DNA from: Phaeodactylibacter xiamenensis
GTDB lineage: Bacteria; Bacteroidota; Bacteroidia; Chitinophagales; Saprospiraceae
DNA length: 32,000 nt
Direction of reading: 5' to 3'
Assembly: GCF_000759025.1 (NCBI RefSeq)
Contig: NZ_JPOS01000020.1
Span: forward strand, 218,883-250,882
The notes under the pieces are model-generated. The model worked only from the letters and a program-made list of their open reading frames with translations. It had not been told where the DNA came from and searched no databases. This document shows, piece after piece, positions 15,490 through 24,588 of the stretch. Position 1 is the first letter of the stretch, and each line of letters starts with the position of its first letter. Both the position numbers and the translations under genes were made by a program.

Positions 15490-16047
15490 TTAATTTTTCC
15501 ACTTAATATTGCAGCCCGTGCTAGGGTACTGCTGCTCTGGTGGCGGGTCGCCGGCAAGCAGGTGGTCGAGGGCAGCCCGGAGGTCTTCGCCAGTCAGGGG
15601 CACATCGTTGTTGGGGCGGGAGCCATCGAGGCGGCCCCGGTAGTAAAGTTTGCCGCGCCCATTGAATACAAAAATATCCGGGGTACAGGCGGCATCGTAA
15701 GCTTTCGCTACTTCCTGCGTCTTGTCATAAAGGTAGGGGAAGGGGTAGCCCACTTTAGCAGCCGTCTTTTTCATTGCCTCCGGCCCATCCTGAGGATACT
15801 GCACGGCATCGTTAGAGCTAATAGCGGCAAAGCCAATCCCTTTTTTCTTGTAGGCATTGGCGAGGCGCACTAATTCCGGGTTAACGTGGATCACATAGGG
15901 GCAGTGGTTGCAAAGGAAAAAGATGACTGTGCCATGGGGCGATTCCACGTCCCCCAGCTGAACGGTCTCTCCGGTCACGGTGTCTTCCAGACTAAAGTTG
16001 GGCGCTACAGTACCCAGTTGCATCATTTTTGATTCAGTAAATGCCAT
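15490..16047 (-). CDS. Thioredoxin-fold (AhpC/TSA-redoxin-like) protein with a CxxC motif
   Basis: 185 aa. The sequence GTVAPNFSLEDTVTGETVQL..GTVIFFLCNHCPYV..GFAAISSND..YPFPYLYDKTQEVAKAY.A.CTPDIFVF is a typical thioredoxin-family fold with a CNHC redox motif. Confidence 0.75.
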   Translation of the reverse strand: MAFTESKMMQLGTVAPNFSLEDTVTGETVQLGDVESPHGTVIFFLCNHCPYVIHVNPELVRLANAYKKKGIGFAAISSNDAVQYPQDGPEAMKKTAAKVGYPFPYLYDKTQEVAKAYDAACTPDIFVFNGRGKLYYRGRLDGSRPNNDVPLTGEDLRAALDHLLAGDPPPEQQYPSTGCNIKWKN

Positions 16048-16123
16048 ATATTCGTTGCTTTGTTATAAGAAAGCCGGAAGGCGCACTTTTGTTTGGAGCA
16101 GAGCGGCGGGTATGAAGAGAAAT

Positions 16124-16157
16124 AAAAAAAGCTGACCCCGGGTTAAGGAGGTCAGCT
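16124..16157 (-). terminator. Rho-independent-type terminator on the minus strand, ~75 nt upstream of the thioredoxin-like gene
   Basis: The minus strand reads AGCTGACC-TCCTTAACCCGG-GGTCAGCT followed by TTTTTTT (the + strand A-run at 16124-16130). Confidence 0.6.
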
Positions 16158-16557
16158 ATCTGAGAATAAATTCTCACTAGATGTTAGTGCCTGTGTACCA
16201 AATCATTTTGGTACTTCCTGGAAAATTAGACATCACAAGCTGAAATTCAGGATTCTCTGTCTACTCCCTCTTACTCTTTTCGATCTTTTTAGATCAATGG
16301 TAAAACGAAGTTACTGTGCATATCCGTTTTATGCGGAGGAAGCAAGGAGCTGATAGAATTCAGCAATTCAGAAACCCTTGTCTCAAGTAATCAAAAGAAA
16401 TAAAAAAGTTTTTGTGTGTGTTTTTGTTTGAGTTTAATCGCTGTTTAAACCCCGTATTTCTGTTGCAATGTCAATTATTACGTGCAAATAAAGGAAAAAG
16501 ACATCAGTATGATATACAAAATATCAACTTTTGTGACATGGGAAACGGGTATTTATT

Positions 16558-17391
16558 TTATTTTTCTATGCATAAGTCACTGATAACTAAGACATAGTTG
16601 TCGACAACATGAATATCTGTTGCGGTAGTTGCGCCTTCGAATCCGGAGATCATCCCGTCTTGAAGTTCTGCCCGCGCCAAAGCAGTAAGTTGTTGAGCAA
16701 CAGGCAGGTAGGACCAGTGCCACTTCTCTTCGTTGTAGCCATTTGGGCGTTCGGGGCCTTTGGGGGAATACGGCTGACAAAACCCAAAGCCAGGAGCGTG
16801 GGCGGTAAGCCAGGCATAGATTTTTTGCCCTTGCCCTTCCTCAAAGTAACGGTTGTTGAAAGCATTTAAATCGATATCCGTGCCCCAGTGGTGCCTGGAA
16901 GTGCCCGGCATAGAGGTGTATTTTAGAATTTCCAGCGCCCGCTCTTTGGGGTCCGGAAAGGCCTGAGCGGCATTCTCACCTGAAGAGAGCTTCTGCTGCC
17001 CGGTCCATTTGCGTTCCCAGATACCTTTTTGGTAATTGAAATTGCGGGTGGCAGACCGGATGACGAGCTGTATGCCATCTGCCTGTGCTGCTTCGTACAT
17101 GGCTAAAAATGCATTATAGGTGTCTTTTCGGAGCAACATGCCTTCGCGGTCGGCGTACCGGGCGGGTACCTGCACAAAGTCTGGGTGCCCGGAGGGGTCA
17201 AATTGCCCCATAAGGTACTGTGTGTCAAAGCCCATAGCACGGGCTTTTTCCAGATCAGTGGTGTCCTTTGTCTCGGTCAGGGGGCTTTTGGCTGTATCCG
17301 GTGCTTCTGCTTGCGTGGCTTGCTGCGCCTTATCCGTTGCAGGCTGGCAGGCCATGCAAAACGGGAAAATCAGGAAAATGAGGTGCTTCAT
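16558..17391 (-). CDS. M15-family D-alanyl-D-alanine carboxypeptidase (VanY-like) lipoprotein
   Basis: Signal/lipobox MKHLIFLIFPFCMAC. The SATRNFNYQ.. and TSRHHWGTDIDL motifs fit the zinc ligands of peptidase M15B. Confidence 0.75.
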   Translation of the reverse strand: MKHLIFLIFPFCMACQPATDKAQQATQAEAPDTAKSPLTETKDTTDLEKARAMGFDTQYLMGQFDPSGHPDFVQVPARYADREGMLLRKDTYNAFLAMYEAAQADGIQLVIRSATRNFNYQKGIWERKWTGQQKLSSGENAAQAFPDPKERALEILKYTSMPGTSRHHWGTDIDLNAFNNRYFEEGQGQKIYAWLTAHAPGFGFCQPYSPKGPERPNGYNEEKWHWSYLPVAQQLTALARAELQDGMISGFEGATTATDIHVVDNYVLVISDLCIEK

Positions 17392-17397
17392 AAAGTG

Positions 17398-18816
17398 CTA
17401 AAATTCAAAGGTTTTTTGTTCCACAGGGTAGCCAAAGAGGTAACGCTCTTTGATTAGGTTGGCGACCTGAGTGGGCACCATACTTTCCCACTCTTCATCG
17501 CCGGCGCGGAGCATATGCAGGACTTCCTTGGAGAAGATATGCAGGACATCGGGATTGAAGCCCTCGACGTCTACAATTTGCCGGTTATCCAGCAGGTGCT
17601 TGTATAAGAATTTTACGCCTTCCGGGATAGGTACGTTTTGAGCATTGATGATCTCGCCGCTTCCTTCCTGCAAGGCCGGATAAACGTAAAACTTTACATT
17701 GCGGGTGAAAAGTTGCCCAAAGGCAGCGAGTAACCGCCCATCCAGGTTTTGGTAGTATTTGGTATTGATCAGTTCCAGCAGCTCGCGCACCCCAAGGACG
17801 AAGCCCAGCTTCTGGACTTTAAAATCAGAAAGATAGGTGGCCATTTTTTGCTGTTGCTGGCAATCAGAGACTACCACGGTCTGCCCCATAGTGTTGAGGA
17901 GCTCCGCCCGGTCCAGAAAATCCTGCTCGTCGAGTTCGCCTGTACTGCAGAGGTTGTCCAGCGTAATTTCGGTAAGCAGAAAAGTGCGCCGGGGATCCGT
18001 TTCCGCCTCATTCCTGAATTGGGCAAAGGAGGCATTGATCATATCCATATTGACCAGTGTAGCCGGTCGGAAACTGCCGCGGACCATCATCACATGCCTT
18101 TTGTACAGAAATTCGGAAGCGTGAACATTCTGCCGGTCCGGCCCAAACATGGCCACATCAGTCAGCTTATTCTTGACCATCCAAAGGCTGAGCAGGCGAT
18201 TGTCAAGGTCTTCAAAGTCTGGTCCGGTAAGGCGAACCATATCAACTTTCACCCGGCCGTGTAGCCCGTCCATTAAGGATTGTAGCATGACTTCGGGGTC
18301 GTCGTGGTAGCGATAGCAGCCGTAAATGAGGTTAACCCCCAGTATGCCGATCGCCTGTTGCTGCAGTTGATTGTCGTTGTCGAGCATTCGGACATGCAGG
18401 ACGAGATCATTGGTGCCCCCGCCGGGCGTCAGCTGAAAGCGGATACCCAACCAACCATTACCTTTGATGGTGCGGGTGTAGTTGATGGCTGCCACAGTAT
18501 CTGCAAAAACGAAAAAGCGGGTATCAGGCCGCTCATTGGTCAGCCTGGAGCGCATCAGATCATACTCGTGGTTGAGCATTTTGTACAAGCGCGCCTCACA
18601 GACATAACGGCCGGAGACTTCTTCCCCGTAGATTTTGTCAGAGTAGGTTTTGTCATAAGCGGACATGGTCTTGGCAATCGTCCCTGCCGCAGCGCCCACC
18701 TGAAAGAAGTAGCGGGCGACTTCCTGACCGGCTCCAATCTCGGCAAAGGTGCCGTAGATGGAAGGGTCGAGGTTGATTTCCAGAGCTTTCTGATCGGTTT
18801 CTAGTAGTTGGCGCAT
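17398..18816 (-). CDS. Conserved hypothetical protein
   Basis: The track ORF runs 17398-18891 and starts at a TTG. ATG 18816 gives MRQLLETDQKALEINLDPSIYGTFAEIGAGQEVARYFFQVGAAAGTIAKTMSAYDKTYSDKIYG. From memory, I have seen this block in Bacteroidota proteins with inconsistent database names. The function is unknown to me. It is 6 nt from the downstream M15 gene. Confidence 0.6.
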   Translation of the reverse strand: MRQLLETDQKALEINLDPSIYGTFAEIGAGQEVARYFFQVGAAAGTIAKTMSAYDKTYSDKIYGEEVSGRYVCEARLYKMLNHEYDLMRSRLTNERPDTRFFVFADTVAAINYTRTIKGNGWLGIRFQLTPGGGTNDLVLHVRMLDNDNQLQQQAIGILGVNLIYGCYRYHDDPEVMLQSLMDGLHGRVKVDMVRLTGPDFEDLDNRLLSLWMVKNKLTDVAMFGPDRQNVHASEFLYKRHVMMVRGSFRPATLVNMDMINASFAQFRNEAETDPRRTFLLTEITLDNLCSTGELDEQDFLDRAELLNTMGQTVVVSDCQQQQKMATYLSDFKVQKLGFVLGVRELLELINTKYYQNLDGRLLAAFGQLFTRNVKFYVYPALQEGSGEIINAQNVPIPEGVKFLYKHLLDNRQIVDVEGFNPDVLHIFSKEVLHMLRAGDEEWESMVPTQVANLIKERYLFGYPVEQKTFEF

Positions 18817-18940
18817 GGGCAGTTGCAGTTTGTCTGTACAGTAGCAGTTCAGAAGCAAATGTACTAATTCTGCCCGTGAAAGCGGGGGCAATTTGAGCTT
18901 TGTCGGGGCTGGACTTTCGCATCAGGCCCCTCAGGCAGGG

Positions 18941-19393
18941 TTAGGGGGCAACCTGATGAGCCTGCAATGCCTTCAAATCGACAAATTCCAGCGCTTTCTC
19001 GTGGGTGGCTGCCAGTCGGACCGGAGGCGCAACACCGGCTTCATAGGCTTCTTTCCAGCGCAACGCGCACAGGCACCAGCCATCGCCGGGCTTAAGGCCG
19101 GGAAAGCGGTACTCCGGGCGTGGTGTGCTGAGGTCGTTGCCTCTTGACTTAGTGAAGGACAGAAACTCAGCAGTCATTTCGGCGCAGACCACATGCGTGC
19201 CAAAGTCATCTGGGCCGGTATTGCATACACCATCCCGGTAGAAGCCGGTCATTGGGTCGGTACAGCAGGACTGAAGGGGCTCACCAAGTACATTTTTAGC
19301 TCTAGTCATTGTTCCTTGTGGGTTTTGTGCCTGTCCGCAACTCAGGCTAAGGCAGCAGAGCCCGGACAATATGAACAGTAATCGGATCGGCAT
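18941..19393 (-). CDS. DUF2237 family protein with N-terminal signal/lipoprotein sequence
   Basis: PLQSCCTDPMTGFYRDGVCNTGPDDFGTHVVCAEMTAEFLSFTKSRGNDLSTPRPEYRFPGLKPGDGWCLCALRWKEAYEAGVAPPV matches the conserved DUF2237 core. Confidence 0.8.
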   Translation of the reverse strand: MPIRLLFILSGLCCLSLSCGQAQNPQGTMTRAKNVLGEPLQSCCTDPMTGFYRDGVCNTGPDDFGTHVVCAEMTAEFLSFTKSRGNDLSTPRPEYRFPGLKPGDGWCLCALRWKEAYEAGVAPPVRLAATHEKALEFVDLKALQAHQVAP

Positions 19394-19443
19394 GATCGCA
19401 GGGTTTTGGTGTTCACAACAGCCCAGCCGGGACAGGGTTTACT

Positions 19444-20424
19444 TCAAACCAGCTCTTTCGCTACAGAGCCGGCGACTTCCAGGCCCGCATGCCGCCCTTC
19501 CCCCTCGTAGAGCGTGGTTTGGCCTTCCTGCAACCGGACGTGTATTACAGACTGAAGGCTTTCGTTCACCTTTCCGGCCATTGCTCCGGATATTGGCGCG
19601 GCAAGAGTGCCGGTACCGCCCCGTTGCTGTGCATTGATTTCCAAAACAGCCCCTCGGCGCTTTAGCACGAGCTGTACAGTTCGGGAAGGCTCGTCCAAAT
19701 GGACTTTCAGACGGGCATTATTGTAGGTGGTAAAAGCCCAAAGCCGGCCTTCCAGCCTGAGCCCGGCAAGGAATCCGGGGAAGTGGCTCCCCAGCCAGGG
19801 GATACGGGCTACGGAGGCCATCAGGCAGGCGCCTTCTGTTTGGGCGAGGTGGTTGGTCTGCATCCATATCCAGCTGGAAGGGAAGGACCTTCCCCAGTCT
19901 TTTTCGATGTAGCCTATCCCCCCTGTGAAGTCCACAGGCTCACCATAAACGCTCAGCTGCCCCTTCAGCTTATGGTGGAGGCTGACGATGCCATGGTAGC
20001 ACTCCATGAATGGGACAAAGCTGTACCAGCCCATGATACCGGGAGCGCCAAGGGCGGATGGCCAGGGTGTGGTGCCCTTAAAGATGAGTTGGCCCGATAA
20101 TTCCGGTAGTGCGATTTCCAATTGGTCGGTTGCAAAAAGATTGTTGCCCAGCCGCACTTCAAAGCGGTCTGCGCGGGGCGTGAAATCGGCGGCGGTAAAT
20201 TCGTGGTAGGCGGAGGTGCAGGCTTTGCCATCCAACCGCTGAATAAAAGCATGCTGCTGCCCTTGCTCATCCATTGAAATGCCGGGAATAAGCGCAAACG
20301 CATGGCGCTCGCAGGGGCTGACAATCTTAAAGTACCAGCCTTCAAAGTAATTTCGGGACTTGCCCCATCCATGGTAGCGGTCGGGGTTCCAAAGGGCTTT
20401 CCATCGGGCAGCGAGGTGTTGCAT
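19444..20424 (-). CDS. Tocopherol cyclase-like protein
   Basis: NYFEGWYFKI.., GYIEKDWGRSFPSSWIWMQTNH and the overall length of 326 aa fit the tocopherol cyclase (VTE1-like) family. Confidence 0.7.
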   Translation of the reverse strand: MQHLAARWKALWNPDRYHGWGKSRNYFEGWYFKIVSPCERHAFALIPGISMDEQGQQHAFIQRLDGKACTSAYHEFTAADFTPRADRFEVRLGNNLFATDQLEIALPELSGQLIFKGTTPWPSALGAPGIMGWYSFVPFMECYHGIVSLHHKLKGQLSVYGEPVDFTGGIGYIEKDWGRSFPSSWIWMQTNHLAQTEGACLMASVARIPWLGSHFPGFLAGLRLEGRLWAFTTYNNARLKVHLDEPSRTVQLVLKRRGAVLEINAQQRGGTGTLAAPISGAMAGKVNESLQSVIHVRLQEGQTTLYEGEGRHAGLEVAGSVAKELV

Positions 20425-20519
20425 AGCACAATCCGGCTTGGTGAGCCACCAAATTACACTTTCTGTGCATCATTACAGGTGTCGGAGACTACCAGAAAGG
20501 GCCATCAAATCCATAAATT

Positions 20520-21053
20520 ATGTTTCCGAAACCTAAACGCCGTGCCGCCCATCAGGTAGAAGCAGGTGCTATGGCCGACATTGCCTTTTTATTGCTGATT
20601 TTCTTTTTGGTTACTACGACCATCATCCAGGAAAGCGGGCTACAGGTGCGCCTGCCGGCCTATCTGCCAGCGCCTGTACAGCCATTGCCGGACCGAAACG
20701 TACTCAGCGTGAAGATTAACGCTGGCAATCAGTTGCTGGTGGAGCAGGAGCTACTGCCTGTTGCCCAGCTGTCAGCAAAACTTACGGAATTTGTCCAAAA
20801 TCCTGCCCGGTCGCCTAAGTTGCCCTCCTCGCCCCGGCATGCCGTGGTAGCGCTGCAGCACGACCGGGGCACAAGCTACGAGGTCTATCTTACTGTTTAT
20901 GATCAGTTGCTGAAAGGCTATCAGAAGCTTTGGCAGGAAGAAGCTCAGCGGTTGTACGGGAAAGCCTATGAAGAACTTAAGCAAGCAGAGCAGCGGGTGG
21001 TCCGCAGCGCTTTCCCGCTGGTGATTTCCGAATCCGAGCCCGTTGAATTCTAA
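20520..21053 (+). CDS. exbD: ExbD/TolR-family biopolymer transport protein
   Basis: The N-terminal region is basic. It has a single TM segment (MADIAFLLLIFFLVTT), followed by the pattern ..LQVRLP.. ..LSVKINAGNQLLV... No exbB or tonB gene is adjacent in this window. Confidence 0.75.
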   Translation: MFPKPKRRAAHQVEAGAMADIAFLLLIFFLVTTTIIQESGLQVRLPAYLPAPVQPLPDRNVLSVKINAGNQLLVEQELLPVAQLSAKLTEFVQNPARSPKLPSSPRHAVVALQHDRGTSYEVYLTVYDQLLKGYQKLWQEEAQRLYGKAYEELKQAEQRVVRSAFPLVISESEPVEF

Positions 21054-21067
21054 TACGGAAAAAGCCA

Positions 21068-21086
21068 CCCCCGGAGTTTCCGGGGG
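21068..21086 (+). terminator. Short GC hairpin after exbD
   Basis: CCCCCGGA-GTT-TCCGGGGG followed by CAGCTTTTGC. Confidence 0.5.
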
Positions 21087-21159
21087 CAGCTTTTGCTCTA
21101 AAGCATTGCAGAATTTATTAATCGGCTAACGCCCCAAAGAGTGGTTAGCAGGGTAAGTC

Positions 21160-21810
21160 CTAGGCGCTCACTTTGACCCGCTGGGTAATAAGCTCCTGTT
21201 CGTTTAGTTTGCCAAAGTGATACCCCTTGGCAGTGAAGTGCTCCAGGACCTGTGGCAGCACCTCGCGCAGCTTATCTTCGGCCTTCACGCTGTCGTGGAA
21301 AACGACAATTGAGCCGGGCTCTGCATTGTCGACTACGTTGGCGAGGCATTGCTCTGTGGAAATTTTCGGGTCGAAATCACCGCTGAGGACATCCCACATC
21401 ACAATACGGTAATGCCGCTGCAGGAACTGTGCCTGCTTAGGCTTCAACCGGCCATACGGGGGGCGGAAAAGCACGGAGTTCATCCGGTTGGCACAATGAC
21501 GCACATTATGGAAATAAGGAATGTTCTCTGTGGTCCAGCCATTGAGGTGGTTGAAAGTGTGGTTGCCCACTGCATGCCCTTCGCTGAGGACCTGTTTGAA
21601 AACATCCGGATATTTGCGGACATTATCGCCAACGCAGAAGAACGTCGCCTTGGCGTCGTACTTTTTGAGCTGCTCCAGCACCCAAGGGGTAACTGCAGGC
21701 ACAGGCCCATCGTCAAAAGTCAGGTAGATGACTTTCTCATCAGTGGGGATCTTCCACGTAAAGTTGGGGAAGAGATTTTGGATAATTTGAGGTGTCTTAA
21801 CGAGGTACAT
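21160..21810 (-). CDS. Polysaccharide deacetylase (NodB homology / CE4) family protein
   Basis: VIYLTFDDGP, ATFFCVG, GHAVGNHTFNH and LFRPPYG are the NodB-domain motifs. Confidence 0.85.
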   Translation of the reverse strand: MYLVKTPQIIQNLFPNFTWKIPTDEKVIYLTFDDGPVPAVTPWVLEQLKKYDAKATFFCVGDNVRKYPDVFKQVLSEGHAVGNHTFNHLNGWTTENIPYFHNVRHCANRMNSVLFRPPYGRLKPKQAQFLQRHYRIVMWDVLSGDFDPKISTEQCLANVVDNAEPGSIVVFHDSVKAEDKLREVLPQVLEHFTAKGYHFGKLNEQELITQRVKVSA

Positions 21811-22140
21811 AACTCCTTTTGATTAAATGTTCATGGTATAGGAAAACGGGCGCTCCTTCAGAAGCAGCCGTGTTTGATTTTCAGACTAAGGAGGATTTCC
21901 CCCGTTAAACGGGTTAACGCTGGCAGGCTCTGCGAAAATGCTTACCTTTGTGCCTCCCGAGGTATCGGCTCAGTGTCGAAGAAAGTAGATGAATAACTGG
22001 TCAGACTGGGCATTTAAAGAGTACAACGTATCAAGTGCTTTTTTTGCTGCCTGAAAACACTAGTTTTTTCAAAAAAAATTTCTAAATGGCGCAACCCATT
22101 CTGCCCGGCTCGTTGAAATGACAAAAAGCATTCAAATTCA

Positions 22141-23877
22141 ATGGAAAATATGAGGCTTCGATTTGCCCCCAGCCCGACCGGGGCACTACACATTGGCGGT
22201 GTCCGCACCGCACTTTACAATTACCTGCTGGCCCGGAAAAACGGCGGCACTTTCATACTGCGTATCGAGGATACTGATCAGACCCGCTATGTGGAAGGAG
22301 CAGAGCAATACATTGTTGAAGCACTGGAATGGTTGGGGATCACTCCGGACGAAGGTCCTGGCATTGGTGGTGACTTTGGGCCTTACCGTCAGTCGGAGCG
22401 AAAGGATATCTACCTTAAATACACACAGCAACTGATTGAATCGGGCCATGCTTACTATGCGTTCGACACTTCAGAAGAGCTGGATGTAGCCCGGGAGAAA
22501 GACCCGACATTCAAATACGATGCCATGGCCCGCCTGCGCATGCGCAACAGTATCAGCATGAGTGCTGAGGAGGTAGAGGCGGCATTAGATGAAGGGATTC
22601 CGCATGTTGTGCGCCTTAAAGTCCCGGATAACGAGACCATCCTTTTTGAAGACATCGTGCGGGGAGAAGTTGCTTTTGACAGTTCTGAGCTGGACGACAA
22701 GGTTCTGCTCAAAGCCGATGGCATGCCCACCTATCACATGGCAAACGTAGTGGATGACCGCCTGATGGAAATTACCCATGTGGTAAGGGGAGAAGAGTGG
22801 CTGTCGAGCACAGCACACCACGTTTTGCTATATCGGAGCCTGGGCTGGGAGCAGGAAATGCCTGCGTTTGCCCACCTGCCGCTCATCCTGAAGCCTGCGC
22901 CGGAAAGTTACCTTGACAAGTCGACGATTCCAGCAATGGCCAGCCGAATGGCAGAGGAGTTTGCCCGTAAGTATCCGGAGCATGCGGGATACAAGGCGGA
23001 GGTATTCGCCCTGCAAACGTTCCAGGATAAGAAAAATATTCCTGCCAACCTGAAAGAAAAAGAAAAAGATCAGGCCGGCAAGGCTGCTTTCAAAGCTTTT
23101 CTCAAAAGTGCGTTGTATGGTAAGCTCAGCAAGCGGGACGGGGACCGTTTAGGCTTCCCGGTATTCCCACTCTCGTGGAAGGGCGCAACGGCAGAAGACA
23201 GCTTTACGGGCTTCCGCGAGTACGGTTTCCTGCCGGAAGCGGTGCTCAACTTCCTGGCTCTGCTGGGCTGGAACCCTGGCGATGAGCAGGAAATGTTTAA
23301 ACTGGAAGAGCTTGTGGACATCTTTTCGCCTGAGCGGATCAATAAATCAGGCAGCCGTTTCAATATCGACAAAGCGAAGTGGTTTAATCAGCAGTATATG
23401 ATCAAAGCGGACGATGCCCGCCTGGCACGCCTCGTCCGTCCTATACTGGAAGCCAATGGACAACAGCCTTCTGACGCCTTTGTGGAGGGCTTTGTCAGCC
23501 TGATGAAAGAGCGGGCCGTAACGCTGCCCGATTTCTGGGAAAATGGCTACTACTTTTTTGAGCGCCCCCGGAGCTATGAAGAGAAAATGATACAAAAACG
23601 CTGGCAGCCGGAACGCAGCGAACAGTTTGCGGAGCTCGTTAAGGATATGGAACAGCTGACTAATTTCTCTGCCGATGAGATCAAAGCCGCTGCAGAGCGC
23701 TTTATGGAAAAGCATGAACTGAAGTTTGGGGAGGTGCTGCCAATGCTTCGTCTGGCGCAGGCGGGGACGATGAAAGGGCCGGCGATTTTCGAAATGATGG
23801 AACTGTTGGGGCAGGAGGAAGCTATAGCCCGGTTGAAACTCGGGTTTGAGGCATTTGATAACATTGTTCAATCCTAA
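22141..23877 (+). CDS. gltX: Glutamate--tRNA ligase with a ~70-aa insertion before the KLSKR (KMSKS-type) motif
   Basis: RLRFAPSPTGALHIGGVRTALYNYL (HIGH), RIEDTD, GPYRQSER, PTYHMANVVDD, ITHVVRGEEWL, GKLSKRDGD. The 575-578 aa length exceeds the roughly 500 aa I recall as usual for Bacteroidota GluRS. Confidence 0.93.
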   Translation: MENMRLRFAPSPTGALHIGGVRTALYNYLLARKNGGTFILRIEDTDQTRYVEGAEQYIVEALEWLGITPDEGPGIGGDFGPYRQSERKDIYLKYTQQLIESGHAYYAFDTSEELDVAREKDPTFKYDAMARLRMRNSISMSAEEVEAALDEGIPHVVRLKVPDNETILFEDIVRGEVAFDSSELDDKVLLKADGMPTYHMANVVDDRLMEITHVVRGEEWLSSTAHHVLLYRSLGWEQEMPAFAHLPLILKPAPESYLDKSTIPAMASRMAEEFARKYPEHAGYKAEVFALQTFQDKKNIPANLKEKEKDQAGKAAFKAFLKSALYGKLSKRDGDRLGFPVFPLSWKGATAEDSFTGFREYGFLPEAVLNFLALLGWNPGDEQEMFKLEELVDIFSPERINKSGSRFNIDKAKWFNQQYMIKADDARLARLVRPILEANGQQPSDAFVEGFVSLMKERAVTLPDFWENGYYFFERPRSYEEKMIQKRWQPERSEQFAELVKDMEQLTNFSADEIKAAAERFMEKHELKFGEVLPMLRLAQAGTMKGPAIFEMMELLGQEEAIARLKLGFEAFDNIVQS

Positions 23878-23890
23878 AAATAGTGAGCCG

Positions 23891-24091
23891 ATGGCCAGTA
23901 AAAAAAATAAGGAGGAAGAAAAGGAGGAGCAACCCGGCGTACACAAGGATTTGAAAGGCTTCGACATAAAAATTAATGAGTTTGGAGAAATAACTTCAAA
24001 CCTTGATGTCGAAAAAGTGAATCAATTTCTGGATAAGAACGTAGAAGATAAGAAACTAAAAAGCCGGAGGTCGGAAGATGAAGAAGAATAG
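23891..24091 (+). CDS. Small highly charged hypothetical protein (66 aa)
   Basis: ATG 23891 gives MASKKNKEEEKEEQPGVHKDLKGFDIKINEFGEITSNLDVEKVNQFLDKNVEDKKLKSRRSEDEEE. I recognise no family, so coding status is uncertain. Confidence 0.4.
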   Translation: MASKKNKEEEKEEQPGVHKDLKGFDIKINEFGEITSNLDVEKVNQFLDKNVEDKKLKSRRSEDEEE

Positions 24092-24588
24092 ACGCTTCTG
24101 GCCCGATTTTGGACGAAAGCAAAAGTATGGACCCACCTGCTATCTGACGAAAGCCAGGATAGTTCCAGGCCCCGCGTGACTCCGGAATAAAACAAAGCAG
24201 CAGTGACTTCCCTTTTGGGAGCGCTGCTATTGAAGTTTGATGGTAGCTTTTAGTTACTATCGTCGATGCAGCACAACGAAATGGTAATTAAGTGCTACTT
24301 AAGCAATTAGGGGGGAGGATTGTGGGCCTGATTGCTGGTTTTTGCATATTTTGTGACTAGTTTTTGCGTATTCCCCTGGTGTTTAGTCTATCGATGACAA
24401 CCGCTTGAGCATAAAACCAAAACCGATTGAACATGCACTTCTTAGGCAACCTAAGACCAAGCCCCGGGCATCCCTGCGCCTATTGGTATTGGTCATTCAA
24501 GCAGGAAAATTTTATTACCCAAACATACTTTGGTGGGGCCTCTATTTGAGGGCCTTACAATGGAATCATCCCATAAATTAACACAATC

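Noticed and set aside
20520-21053. An orphan exbD as part of an unusual transport system
   Set aside because: A single ExbD/TolR gene without adjacent exbB or tonB is common in Bacteroidota genomes that carry multiple paralogs elsewhere. Nothing in the sequence itself is atypical.
21811-22140. Possible tRNA or leader RNA upstream of gltX, and the similarly long upstream region of the adhesin gene (24092-24588)
   Set aside because: By eye I found no cloverleaf-compatible sequence (no GTTCRANYC T-loop box) and no recognisable riboswitch motifs, only small generic hairpins. A covariance-model scan is needed before anything is called here.
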